A stretch of 64,000 nucleotides of DNA from Alcaligenes sp. (GCA_052109075.1 JBQEAN010000004.1:15692-79691); one strand, 5' to 3'; shown: positions 1 to 9,176, numbered from the stretch's first letter. Program-made: numbers and translations. The notes: generated by a model not told the origin, from the sequence alone.

Positions 1-1
1 T

Positions 2-1969
2 CCCTTTGCGTGGGAGTCGCGTCTGACGCAGGACTATCCGCGCCAAACCTATTGCGTGCAGTACCAGGAAAGTGATTTTCAGTTTGTCAGCCGTTTGATG
101 GAGCGCGAGGGGATTTACTACTGGTTTGAGCATCGTAATGGTGCACACACCCTGGTGATGGCTGACGATGCAGGCCAGCATGCGACAGCGCCTTGGCTGT
201 CGGATCTGCCTTTTGTCTCGCCTGACCGGGTTGCACACCCCGATGTTGAACATATTCATGCCTGGCACCCCTACGAGCAAGTGACCCCAGGTCGCTATGC
301 GACGGCGGATTACGACTATTGCAAGCCGGGAGCCAGCCTGGATGCCACCCGCAGTAATCCGGCAGAACACGCTTTGGGCGATTTGGAAGTTTATGAGTGG
401 GCCGGTGGTTATACCGAGCCTCAGCATGGAGAACATTACTCTCGCCTGCGGCTGGAAGCCTTGCAAGCCGTACGCAGTCAGGCACAGGCCCAGACTAATG
501 CGCGTGGCGTCGCGCCTGGCTACTTACTGTCTGTGCGCAATCATCCGCGCCCCGAGGACAACCGTGATTATCTGGTGACCCAGGTTGATTACGACTTTCT
601 GGATGTGGGGCATACCGGCGAGAGCGGGATGGCTAGCCACTACTTCATCGATTTTCTGGTTATTCCGTCCAGCCAGCCATACCGCCCCTTGCGGCTTACG
701 CCCATCCCACGTACTTATGGTCCCCAAACTGCCAAGGTAGTGGGCAAAAGTGGTGAGCAGTTGTGGACTGATCAGTATGGCCGCATCAAAGTTCAGTTTT
801 TGTGGGACCGCTATGGGCAGGCTAATGAAAATAGCTCCTGCTGGCTACGCGTTTCCAGCCCTTGGGCAGGCGGTGGCTTTGGCGGTATTCAGTTGCCTCG
901 CGTGGGTGACGAAGTCATTGTGGATTTTTTGGGAGGCGACCCAGACCGGCCGATTGCGGTGGGGCGTGTGTATAACGCGAGCAATATGCCACCCTGGAAC
1001 CTGCCGGACAATGCGACGCAAAGCGGCTTTCTAAGCCGATCTAAAGACGGTGACCCCAGCAACGCCAACGCCTTCATGTTCGAGGACAGAGCCGGGCAGG
1101 AACGTATTTGGCTGCATGCCGAGCGCAATCTGGATACGGAGGTTGAGGGCGACGAAACACATACTGTCGATGGTAACCGGACCACAGTGGTGACGGGACA
1201 CGACACTTTGGGCGTCATGGCGACCCGGACAACCACCGTACAGGCGCTGGAAACCGAAACCTTTAATAGCGGTGTTGTACGGACGGTGATCGGTGATCTG
1301 GTGGAAACCATAGAAGGTGAGCAGACCCGGACTCATACCGGCAATGTGACGCGGACGGTAACGGGTGATGTGACTGATACGCTGACGGGCGATCTGACCC
1401 GAACGATTACCGGGGATGTTACCCATACCGTCACGGGCGAGGTCACCGATGCGATTACGGGTGTGCGCAATTCGACACAGACCGGCGATTACACCCGCAC
1501 GATAACGGGTGCGGTGGATTACACCGTGACCGGTGATGTCAAAGAAACCATTACGGGTGACGTGGACCTTTCCACCACCGGCAATGTGACCGATACCTTG
1601 ACGGGTAATCTGACTAAAAGTATTTCCGGACCGGTGGATATTACCGCCTCAGCAGGGGTGAATATCACTACGCCCAGCTGGAAGGTCAATGTGACGGGTG
1701 TTGAAAAGTGGTGGATACCGCATACCGAAAAAGTCACGGGGTTCCGCCTGAATGGCACCATTTCCTCTCTGGATGCCTGGGGCATTCGGGCGCAGGGCTA
1801 TCTGGTTAATTTTCAGGCTGCCGTTTTGAAAATGGACCATTCCGCCTTCAAAGATGAGAAAGCCTATACGGCTATCAAGACCAGCGCAGTGTATCTGGGC
1901 AAACAGGCCGTGCGTGTGGGAAGTTCGACTTTGCGTCTGGCCAAGTCTGGCTTGCACATCTTTTTCTAA
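2..1969 (+). CDS. vgrG: T6SS spike protein VgrG (5' end lies outside the window)
   Basis: The frame is open from base 2 (PFAWESRLTQDYPRQTYCVQYQESDFQFVSRLMEREGIYYWF). It has gp5-OB motifs TDQYGRIKVQF, SCWLRVS and PRVGDEVIVDFLGGDPDRP, plus long C-terminal beta-helix repeats. Confidence 0.97.
   Translation, partial: PFAWESRLTQDYPRQTYCVQYQESDFQFVSRLMEREGIYYWFEHRNGAHTLVMADDAGQHATAPWLSDLPFVSPDRVAHPDVEHIHAWHPYEQVTPGRYATADYDYCKPGASLDATRSNPAEHALGDLEVYEWAGGYTEPQHGEHYSRLRLEALQAVRSQAQAQTNARGVAPGYLLSVRNHPRPEDNRDYLVTQVDYDFLDVGHTGESGMASHYFIDFLVIPSSQPYRPLRLTPIPRTYGPQTAKVVGKSGEQLWTDQYGRIKVQFLWDRYGQANENSSCWLRVSSPWAGGGFGGIQLPRVGDEVIVDFLGGDPDRPIAVGRVYNASNMPPWNLPDNATQSGFLSRSKDGDPSNANAFMFEDRAGQERIWLHAERNLDTEVEGDETHTVDGNRTTVVTGHDTLGVMATRTTTVQALETETFNSGVVRTVIGDLVETIEGEQTRTHTGNVTRTVTGDVTDTLTGDLTRTITGDVTHTVTGEVTDAITGVRNSTQTGDYTRTITGAVDYTVTGDVKETITGDVDLSTTGNVTDTLTGNLTKSISGPVDITASAGVNITTPSWKVNVTGVEKWWIPHTEKVTGFRLNGTISSLDAWGIRAQGYLVNFQAAVLKMDHSAFKDEKAYTAIKTSAVYLGKQAVRVGSSTLRLAKSGLHIFF
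1148..1651 (+). repeat. 21 in-register octapeptide (24-nt) repeats, G-D-V-T-x-T-(V/I)-T type, forming a gp5-like beta-helix in VgrG
   Basis: The run from GDETHTVD to GPVDITAS keeps an exact 24-nt register (1148 + 20x24 = 1628). The DNA is degenerate and the repeat is visible at protein level. Confidence 0.9.
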
Positions 1970-1983
1970 GGATATCAGCGACG

Positions 1984-2472
1984 ATGTTGGGACAGTTTAT
2001 GTGGATGGCTTTTTGCGTACTGCTGGGAGCCATCATGATCTCGATAGGCGTGGCCCTTGAGTGGCGGGACTGGCTACCTTATTTAGTCGTTTTGCCCATG
2101 CTGATAGCGGTCGGTGGTTTTGTCGCCGCTTACCGGGGTTTTCTGCGTTACTGGCGCGCCTGGCCTGAGCAACGTTTGTATCAGCGTCTGCACAGTGCGG
2201 GTATTGTTCCACGGCAGGCGGTGATCTTGTCCCAGTATGAGCTTTTGCCAGAGGTCTTCAAATCCGCCTATCCCTTGATGCGACTGGGGCTGGAGGTGGA
2301 GGGGCAACCAACCCATGTTGATGTGCTGGTGCAGCCTGAACTGAGTAATCGCTTCCAGCCGGGTAATGAAGTGAGCGTGTTGTGTGATCCGGCTAATGTG
2401 CAGCGCTGTGCCTTGAATCGCGAACAGGTGACCTTACAGCTCAAGCCAGCAGCTAACTCCTATGGGGATTGA
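1984..2472 (+). CDS. Membrane protein, DUF3592-like, vgrG-associated
   Basis: Two N-terminal TM helices followed by a small beta domain ending FQPGNEVSVLCDPAN. It lies directly after vgrG. Confidence 0.6.
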   Translation: MLGQFMWMAFCVLLGAIMISIGVALEWRDWLPYLVVLPMLIAVGGFVAAYRGFLRYWRAWPEQRLYQRLHSAGIVPRQAVILSQYELLPEVFKSAYPLMRLGLEVEGQPTHVDVLVQPELSNRFQPGNEVSVLCDPANVQRCALNREQVTLQLKPAANSYGD

Positions 2473-2485
2473 TGGGGGCAGCGGC

Positions 2486-5008
2486 ATGCGTATCGTAAAA
2501 CCTTTGCGGCTTGGTATCTTGGCGCGCCCCTGGAGTTGGCGCGGGCAACATGCCTTGGGTATTTCTGTGCAGGCTTGGTGCTCGATGGATGCACCGCATT
2601 TACTCAGCACGGATGCACGCATGTGGCAGGGGGTCGCCGACCTGATGCAGGGCGATGATGTGCTGGATCTGGCTCTGCCTAAACCCTGCGCTGAATTCCT
2701 GGTGTCGGGTCATGCCTGTGCACCGGGTGGCGAGGCGGTGCCCCAATTGGCTGTGCAAGCACGCGTGGGGCCGATAGAAAAGAAGCTGGCGGTCTTTGGG
2801 ACGCGACATTGGCGTCAAGGCAGACCGGGGCCAGCAGACCCTTTTTGTCGTGTGCCTTTGGATGGTACCCGCAGCTGGGGTGGGCCACAGTATGCAGATA
2901 ACCCGGCCGGTATGGGAATGGAAGCCTCCGCGCCGGGCGAGCCGCTCTACTTGCCTCAGGTAGAGCCTTGGGAAGGGCGCGTGTACCGCCCTGGAGACCA
3001 AGGGCGAGTAGCGGGTTTGGGGCCTGTTTCACCGTTACGACCGCGTCGCTTTCGCTTGGCGGGTAGCTATGACCCTACTTGGCAAAAGGGAGATCCTGGC
3101 ATGATGCTGGACAGCCTGGATCCGCATTTTTTTAACGCCGCCGAAGCGGATCAGTGGTGGCCTAAGCAAGCGCACTGGCCTGCTGATACGTGTTGGGAAC
3201 TACAGCACTTACATCCACACCGGCCCAACTGGCAGGGTACGTTGCCGCAGTGGGAGGCTCTGTGCTGGTATCAGGATCGCCGTATACCGGGTTTACGGAA
3301 GTTGAGTCTGAAGCACACGACAGTCTGGTTTTTCCCTGATCTGGGGCAGATGTTGCTGCTATATCAAGGCAGTGTGCCGGTTCAGGATGCACAGGCTCAA
3401 GATGTGAGCTTGTTGATGCCTGCCTTGGAGTCTTTAGGGCAGCCTCGTGGTCAAGAGCATTATGAGCAGGTGCTGCGTTCGCGCAGTGAAGGCGATCAGG
3501 CTGGGCTTTTTGCCTTACGTGATCAGGACTTGTTGCCCGCTGGCTGTAGCGCGCCCTTGGGGGATGCGCAAACGACGCCGGACGATCCGCTGGCCTTGAC
3601 CATGCGTACCCGTTTGGAGCGGTGGGCAATGGCTGCCGCGCAGGATCATCCTGCTTGGCAAAACGAGTGGTTTGCGATGGCGCAGGCCGGGCCACCCAAG
3701 CCTATGGATGTGGATAGGACGGATTGGGTGCAGGAGGTGCGTCAGGCGAATCGTCAGCAATGGGATGCGCGTCAGCAAATGGCAGAAGGGATGGAGAAAG
3801 TGCAGCAGATGCAGCGCCAATCGCCCTTTAAGGGTACGGTGCGCAGCCGTGTTTCCGCGCGTGAGACAGAGCGCATGTTGAGCCAGCTGGATAACGCAGC
3901 CAGCAATCAGCCTCCGGTGTCTGCCTTGCTGGCCCAACCGATGGAAGAAGCTAGACGCGTCTTGCAGGCTTACGCGCCTGCGCCATCGCCTGCGTCCGAT
4001 TTGCGGCAGCAGCGTTTGCGCAGACGCGTGGAATTGATTCTGGCAGGCACGCGAAATCTGTCTGGTCTGGACTTGAGTGGCCTGCGGTTGCAGGGCTTCG
4101 ATTTCTCTGGCGTGCGGTGTGTAGGTACTTGCTTCAATAATGCTGTGTTGACGTGTGGCACGTTTGCGGGAGCGGATTGCTCGGGGGCCACTTTTGTACG
4201 GGCAAGGCTGGAGCAGGTCCAGTTCAATCAATCACAGCTGGATGAGGTGGACTTCAGTGCTGCGGTCTTGCAGTCCGTGCAGTTTCACCAAGTGCAGGCG
4301 ACCCGCTGGCAGCTACGGGAGTCTAGTTGGCAAGATGTGAGCTTCCGGGAGTCAAGTTTGCAGGAGCAAGAGTGGCTGGATGTAGATATGCTGCGTTGCA
4401 CTTTTGAGGCCTCGCAGTTGCAGGGCGTGCAGTATCTGATGCGATCGCGCTTGTCCGGCTTGTCCTATCTGGATTGTCAGCTACAGCAGTGTGCTTGGCT
4501 GGATTGTGACCTGCGAGAGCTGTCTGTGCGCGGCTCCACTTTGGTGGAGGTGTCCTGGCTGTTGGGTTTGTTGGACGGTGTCCTGGATTGTCGTGATAGC
4601 ACCTGGCGTCAAAGTGTAGTGTCTGGCTTGGACATACCGGGAGCGGACTGGAGCAGCGCGCGTTTGGAAGAGAGCAATTTACGCGAGCTGGATTTGTCAC
4701 AATCCTGTTTTGAGAATGCTCAGCTGACTCGTTGTGACTTGTCGGGTGCGAACCTGCGAGGCTCGCATTGGACGCAGGCTCGTTTAAGCGACTGTATTTT
4801 GATTGATACGGATTTCAGCCAGGCCCGCCTGCATAAGGTCGACATGAGCAACAGCCTTGCTGGTAGCGCAAATGTGCAAGGTGCCTCGCTGGATACGGTG
4901 AACTTCTTTCGGGCGGATCTGACCGGTCTGCAAACGGATGCTCGCACCTGTAGCCGGAACCTGTATATGCGCACGGCGCGTCGTGATCCGTCCGGAGGGC
5001 AGATCTGA
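2486..5008 (+). CDS. DUF2169 T6SS adaptor with C-terminal pentapeptide repeats (TagAB-like)
   Basis: It starts MRIVKPLRLG and has LDLALPKPCAEFLVSG, SWGGPQYADNPAG and HFFNAA..DQ motifs. The C-terminal third is pentapeptide repeats. ATG 2486 is preferred over 2462. Confidence 0.9.
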   Translation: MRIVKPLRLGILARPWSWRGQHALGISVQAWCSMDAPHLLSTDARMWQGVADLMQGDDVLDLALPKPCAEFLVSGHACAPGGEAVPQLAVQARVGPIEKKLAVFGTRHWRQGRPGPADPFCRVPLDGTRSWGGPQYADNPAGMGMEASAPGEPLYLPQVEPWEGRVYRPGDQGRVAGLGPVSPLRPRRFRLAGSYDPTWQKGDPGMMLDSLDPHFFNAAEADQWWPKQAHWPADTCWELQHLHPHRPNWQGTLPQWEALCWYQDRRIPGLRKLSLKHTTVWFFPDLGQMLLLYQGSVPVQDAQAQDVSLLMPALESLGQPRGQEHYEQVLRSRSEGDQAGLFALRDQDLLPAGCSAPLGDAQTTPDDPLALTMRTRLERWAMAAAQDHPAWQNEWFAMAQAGPPKPMDVDRTDWVQEVRQANRQQWDARQQMAEGMEKVQQMQRQSPFKGTVRSRVSARETERMLSQLDNAASNQPPVSALLAQPMEEARRVLQAYAPAPSPASDLRQQRLRRRVELILAGTRNLSGLDLSGLRLQGFDFSGVRCVGTCFNNAVLTCGTFAGADCSGATFVRARLEQVQFNQSQLDEVDFSAAVLQSVQFHQVQATRWQLRESSWQDVSFRESSLQEQEWLDVDMLRCTFEASQLQGVQYLMRSRLSGLSYLDCQLQQCAWLDCDLRELSVRGSTLVEVSWLLGLLDGVLDCRDSTWRQSVVSGLDIPGADWSSARLEESNLRELDLSQSCFENAQLTRCDLSGANLRGSHWTQARLSDCILIDTDFSQARLHKVDMSNSLAGSANVQGASLDTVNFFRADLTGLQTDARTCSRNLYMRTARRDPSGGQI

Positions 5009-6066
5009 TGGATGCTCATGTGCTACGTTTGCGAATCCGTGAAGGCGAGCCCTTGCTAGGCCTGGACTTAAGCAATCTGTATCTGCCACCAGGAGACTAT
5101 TCGGGGGCCGTGTTTATCTCTTGTCGTTTGCCTGGTTTGCAGGGACCGGGCGTCAATCTGGCTGGCTCCCGATTTCATCAATGTGAGTTAAGTGGAGCCG
5201 AGCTGGATGCCAGCGTGCTGGATGGTTGTGCGTTTATGGACTGCGTGATGAAAGAGCTTTCCTGTAAGCACGTACGGGCCAGTGACGTGTTGTGGCAGGA
5301 CTGTGATTTGCACGGTGCCGCCTGGCAAGGCGGTGCCTGGAGTGATTCGCATTGGGCGCAATGTGTGCTGCAGGCAGGAAGCTTTGACCAGGCCTTGTTG
5401 CAGCGCTGTACCTGGACGGGTTGCGCAGGAGCGCTGTCTTTGCAAGCGACTCGTTTAGAGGATGTGGCTGTTACGGATATGGATTGGCGGGGCAGTTCGC
5501 TGGCGGGTAGCTGCTGGGATAGGGTGACCGCCAAGGGTTGTAATTTTCAGGGCATGAATTTATCGGGATTGGACTTGAGCGGCAGCGTGTTGACGGAGTC
5601 CGATTTCAGTCAGGCGGACTTGAGTCATGCGCGGTTGCGCGGGACAAATTTCAAGTCTGCCATCCTAAATCATGCAGTGCTTGATCAGGTGCAGGCCAAT
5701 CAGGCTCTGTTTGTACAGGCACAGGCCAAAGGGTTGCAGATCCGGGATGCGGAGTTGACGCAAAGCCTGTGGGCGCAGGCTTGGGCTCCTCAGGCCAATT
5801 TTTGTCACTCACGCTTGCAACAAGCTTATTTTGCGCAGGCTGTCTTACAGGAAGCGCGTTTTGACCATAGCCAGCTGCGCTATGCGGATTTTTCTTATGC
5901 AGATTGCCGCCGTGCCCGTTGGGATAGCGCGAATTTTGAGCGCACGCAGTTTCATCGCTGCCTGCTGGACAAGCCGGGGCAGGAACAGACTTCAGGGTGC
6001 TTGCCCAATGATCCGGCCCTGCACGAGGCCGAGAGCTGGACCGCGCGTCACATGAATCTTGAATAA
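5008..6066 (+). CDS. Pentapeptide repeat protein (TagB-like)
   Basis: A(D/N)(L/F)xx repeats throughout. The start overlaps the upstream stop (TGATG). Confidence 0.9.
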   Translation: MDAHVLRLRIREGEPLLGLDLSNLYLPPGDYSGAVFISCRLPGLQGPGVNLAGSRFHQCELSGAELDASVLDGCAFMDCVMKELSCKHVRASDVLWQDCDLHGAAWQGGAWSDSHWAQCVLQAGSFDQALLQRCTWTGCAGALSLQATRLEDVAVTDMDWRGSSLAGSCWDRVTAKGCNFQGMNLSGLDLSGSVLTESDFSQADLSHARLRGTNFKSAILNHAVLDQVQANQALFVQAQAKGLQIRDAELTQSLWAQAWAPQANFCHSRLQQAYFAQAVLQEARFDHSQLRYADFSYADCRRARWDSANFERTQFHRCLLDKPGQEQTSGCLPNDPALHEAESWTARHMNLE

Positions 6067-6075
6067 GGAGCCCTG

Positions 6076-6885
6076 ATGTTCGCCAACTGCCAGCGGGGTG
6101 GCATGGACATTGCCTTTCCCGATATTTGCAAGACGCCACCGGCCCTGCTGCCCATTCCCTACCCGAATTTTGCGACGGGTTTGATGGGTATTCCCAATGC
6201 TTGGAATATCCTGTTGCAAGGTGGGCCTGCCCATAATTTGCTAACCACGATACCTTTGAGTAATGGTGATAATCCGGGCGTGGCCTTGGGCTTGATCTCG
6301 CAAACGGTGATGTCGCGGTCGCGATCGATTACCTGCGTACCCAATGTGTTGTGGAAGGGTATCCCGGCCACTCGCCTGACCAGCTTGAGCATGCAAAACA
6401 CCGTCAATACGGTAGGCATGCGTGTCGTGCCCAGCCAGTTCAAGGTCTTGCTGCTAGGCGGGGGCGGCGCAGGAGGTGGGGCGGGTAAGGCAGGCAAGGC
6501 AGGCGCGGGCAGCGGCCCTGATGCCGCTCGCAAGGCGGCAGCACGTGAAGCTAAGCGGGCGCAGCTCAAACGCAACAGGCGGCGCGGTGCTCAGCGCGAG
6601 CGCGAAGTGGAGGCCGAATTGAAACAGGAAGGACATGAAGTGATGGGCACTCAGGTGTCTGCAAAAACACCATTGACCCGCCGCGTGATCGATATACTGA
6701 TCAAAGACAAGAACACGGGAAAAATCCGGGCGGTCGAAGTCAAAAGTGGGGGAGCGCGCCGTTCCTCGACCCAGCTGGCCAAGGACAAGGCCATGGAGAG
6801 CAAAGGGGCGCAGTTGATTGGCAAGAATGCGCCTAAGCAGCCACTTCCCAAGAACATACGCATACCTACGGAGGTACGACATTGA
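6076..6885 (+). CDS. PAAR-like (DUF4150) tip protein fused to a C-terminal PD-(D/E)xK nuclease-fold toxin domain
   Basis: The N-terminus MFANCQRGGMDIAFPDICKTPP..PIPYPNFA...PSQFKVLLL is typical of DUF4150. A Gly/Ala/Lys linker follows, then G..RE / RRVID / AVEVKSG / Q..KD. RBS AAGGAG. Confidence 0.82.
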   Translation: MFANCQRGGMDIAFPDICKTPPALLPIPYPNFATGLMGIPNAWNILLQGGPAHNLLTTIPLSNGDNPGVALGLISQTVMSRSRSITCVPNVLWKGIPATRLTSLSMQNTVNTVGMRVVPSQFKVLLLGGGGAGGGAGKAGKAGAGSGPDAARKAAAREAKRAQLKRNRRRGAQREREVEAELKQEGHEVMGTQVSAKTPLTRRVIDILIKDKNTGKIRAVEVKSGGARRSSTQLAKDKAMESKGAQLIGKNAPKQPLPKNIRIPTEVRH

Positions 6886-7334
6886 AAACGCACACTGATC
6901 CCGTTAAATATGACGCTGCGGACTGGCATGTGGGCGGGGACTACCCCTCCGACCTGGGCCCTCAGGGCGGACGCACGCACATTGGCATGTATCTGGCCTG
7001 GCTGGTTGAAAAAGGTTTGCTGGCCAATGCGTTTATAGACCGCTATCCCAACGAGGTTCGACAATGCCGCGATCATATGATTAAAGGCTCGCAACTGCTG
7101 CAAGAGTGTTGTGACGACGTGCTGGTTAGCGAAGACATGTCGGAGATGGGTAAAGCCTTCAGCGACTTTTATTACGACGAACTTTACCTGGATGACTACG
7201 TCGATACGCTGGACGACGAAGTGTTGCCATCCATCTACCACGTGCCCGATGACTGGGACAGCTACGAAACGCTGCGCCCCGTTCTTGAACAACGCTACCA
7301 GCACTGGCGTCAGGAGCAGGGCTTGGACGATTAG
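6882..7334 (+). CDS. Putative cognate immunity protein (acidic, cytoplasmic)
   Basis: The TTG start overlaps the toxin stop codon. The 150-aa product is Asp/Glu-rich with no signal peptide and is followed by a terminator. Confidence 0.7.
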   Translation: MKTHTDPVKYDAADWHVGGDYPSDLGPQGGRTHIGMYLAWLVEKGLLANAFIDRYPNEVRQCRDHMIKGSQLLQECCDDVLVSEDMSEMGKAFSDFYYDELYLDDYVDTLDDEVLPSIYHVPDDWDSYETLRPVLEQRYQHWRQEQGLDD

Positions 7335-7361
7335 TTTCGGCCCGTCTGTTCTTTTTTGTTG

Positions 7362-7397
7362 AAAGCGCTGCCTGCGGGCGGCGCTTTTGCTTTATTT
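7362..7397 (+). terminator. Intrinsic terminator ending the vgrG-effector operon
   Basis: AAAGCGCTGCC-TGCG-GGCGGCGCTTT stem-loop (one G-U pair) followed by a T-rich tract. Confidence 0.75.
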
Positions 7398-7422
7398 GCT
7401 TCAAAAAGAGCGTAAATACATC

Positions 7423-7436
7423 TATTTTGCAAAATA
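7423..7436. promoter_or_regulatory. Perfect 14-bp palindrome upstream of tssA, candidate operator
   Basis: TATTTTGCAAAATA in the AT-rich gap about 80 bp before the tssA start. Confidence 0.35.
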
Positions 7437-7517
7437 AGTAAGGAAAAATTTTCGTCAAAAAGGTGTCACCTTCGCTGCCTAGACTGGGTCCGTGATCAGT
7501 TATCCGAGACAAGAGCT

Positions 7518-8579
7518 ATGGTCGAAGGAATACAGGGGCAGTGGCAGCCAGCCTGGATTGTGGCGCCCGAAAATGCCTGCTACGGCGACAACCTGGAATA
7601 CGAAGCAGACTTTCTGGCCCTGCTGCAGGCCCTGCAAGTGCAGGGTGAGCAGCAGTTTGGGCAAACCATCATTCCGGCCCAAGTGCCTGATTGGACACGC
7701 ATTGTTCGTTTGGTACAGGACTTGCTGGATCGCTCGGCCGATATTCGTTTGCTGGTGGTGCTGGCCCAGGCGCGTTTGCAGACCAGTGGCTTGCCCGCTT
7801 TGGTGGAAGTTTGCGACTGGTTGTTGAGCGCACTTCAACGAGGCTGGGCACAAGTTCACCCGCGTTTGCATGAAGATGGCGAGCTGGACCCCTTGCCACG
7901 CGTCAATGCCCTGGCAGGGCTGTCAGCCATTGATGGTCTGGGCCGTTTGATGCGTGAAGCCCCCGTGGTCAGCCTGGGGCATCGTCAATTGAATTTGCGT
8001 GAAGTCGGCTATGTGCTTGATGGTAGCCAGAAAGAATCGGGTCTGCCGGGTCGGGATCGTCTGGTGGAAGAGCTGCGCCGCGCTTTTGCAGCCGGCCAGG
8101 GGCAGACCGTCGCCTTGAGCCGCTTGCGCCAGTTCCGACAGGAACTGGAGGCGCTGGTGCTTCGTCATCTGGACGCCGAGTGGTCTGTCCGTCTGGATGG
8201 GGCCTGGGACACCGTGGAAGCGGCTTGCTCGGTACTGGACGCGTCAACGTCACTGCCTGCCGCGCCGGAGCCTGTGCCAACAAGCAGCACCAGCCCGGTT
8301 CAATCCCCCGCTGTCACCCCACTTGTGCCCGTAATGGACTTGATGGGCTGGCAAAACCTACATGTTTCATCCCGTGAAGAAGTGATGCTGGTGCTGGACA
8401 AGCTGGTGGCCTATTTCGAGCATCACGAGCCCAGTCATCCCGCCCCTTTGCTACTGCGTCGCGCCCAACAACTGGTGCCTATGGGTTTTCACGAGCTGAT
8501 TCGTGATCTTGCGCCGGGAGCCTGGGAGCAGATTCAGGTGTTCATGCCTAGATCTGAAGTGGCGAATACCGCCTCTTAA
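7518..8579 (+). CDS. tssA: T6SS TssA (ImpA N-terminal domain)
   Basis: GDNLEYEADF, PDW..I, DIRL and VHPRL..DG motifs, plus C-terminal YFEHHEPSHPAP. Confidence 0.92.
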   Translation: MVEGIQGQWQPAWIVAPENACYGDNLEYEADFLALLQALQVQGEQQFGQTIIPAQVPDWTRIVRLVQDLLDRSADIRLLVVLAQARLQTSGLPALVEVCDWLLSALQRGWAQVHPRLHEDGELDPLPRVNALAGLSAIDGLGRLMREAPVVSLGHRQLNLREVGYVLDGSQKESGLPGRDRLVEELRRAFAAGQGQTVALSRLRQFRQELEALVLRHLDAEWSVRLDGAWDTVEAACSVLDASTSLPAAPEPVPTSSTSPVQSPAVTPLVPVMDLMGWQNLHVSSREEVMLVLDKLVAYFEHHEPSHPAPLLLRRAQQLVPMGFHELIRDLAPGAWEQIQVFMPRSEVANTAS

Positions 8580-8606
8580 TTCAATAAACCAACTGGAGAA
8601 GACCTG

Positions 8607-9164
8607 ATGTCTGTGAAATCCAATTCTGGCAGCGGCCAGAAATTCCTTGGGCGCAATCGGGCTCCGCGTGTGCAAATTGAGTACGACGTAGAACTGTACG
8701 GCGCCGAGCATCGTGTGCAACTGCCTTTTGTGATGGGTGTGCTGGCTGATCTGGCCGGGCATAACACGGAGAGCCAGCCGGAGCTGGGCGAGCGCAAGTT
8801 TCTGGAAATCGACGTGGACAACTTCGATGACCGCATGAAGTCCATCGCACCCAAGCTGAACATGCAGGTTCCCAACAGTTTGAAGGGGGATGGTGTCTTG
8901 GGAGTGGAGGTGTCCTTTGATTCCATGGACAGTTTTTCGCCTGCTGAACTGGCTCGTCAGATCGAGCCGCTGGCCCGCTTGCTGGAAGCGCGTACTCAAC
9001 TGGCCAATCTGTTGACCTACATGGATGGCAAAAGCGGGGCGGAGGAACTGTTGTCCCGTCTCTTGCAGCAGCCCGAACTCTTGCATGCCTTGGCTGGCCG
9101 CCCACCCCAGGCCTTGACCATGGATGAGTCCCAGCCTGATCAGGACCCCGAGTCCAACGCTTAA
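8607..9164 (+). CDS. tssB: T6SS contractile sheath small subunit
   Basis: RAPRVQIEYDVE, LPFVMGVLADL and ERKFLEIDVDNFDDRM. Confidence 0.97.
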   Translation: MSVKSNSGSGQKFLGRNRAPRVQIEYDVELYGAEHRVQLPFVMGVLADLAGHNTESQPELGERKFLEIDVDNFDDRMKSIAPKLNMQVPNSLKGDGVLGVEVSFDSMDSFSPAELARQIEPLARLLEARTQLANLLTYMDGKSGAEELLSRLLQQPELLHALAGRPPQALTMDESQPDQDPESNA

Positions 9165-9176
9165 GGAGCCCGCAGC

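Noticed and set aside
1148-1651. Periodic DNA in vgrG as a CRISPR array or VNTR
   Set aside because: The units are degenerate, in frame and have no spacers, so they are explained by the beta-helix protein repeat. No cas genes are present.
4050-6066. Pentapeptide repeats as Qnr/MfpA quinolone-resistance genes
   Set aside because: One set is fused to DUF2169, and both lie between vgrG and a PAAR-like gene, which is the known T6SS accessory context.
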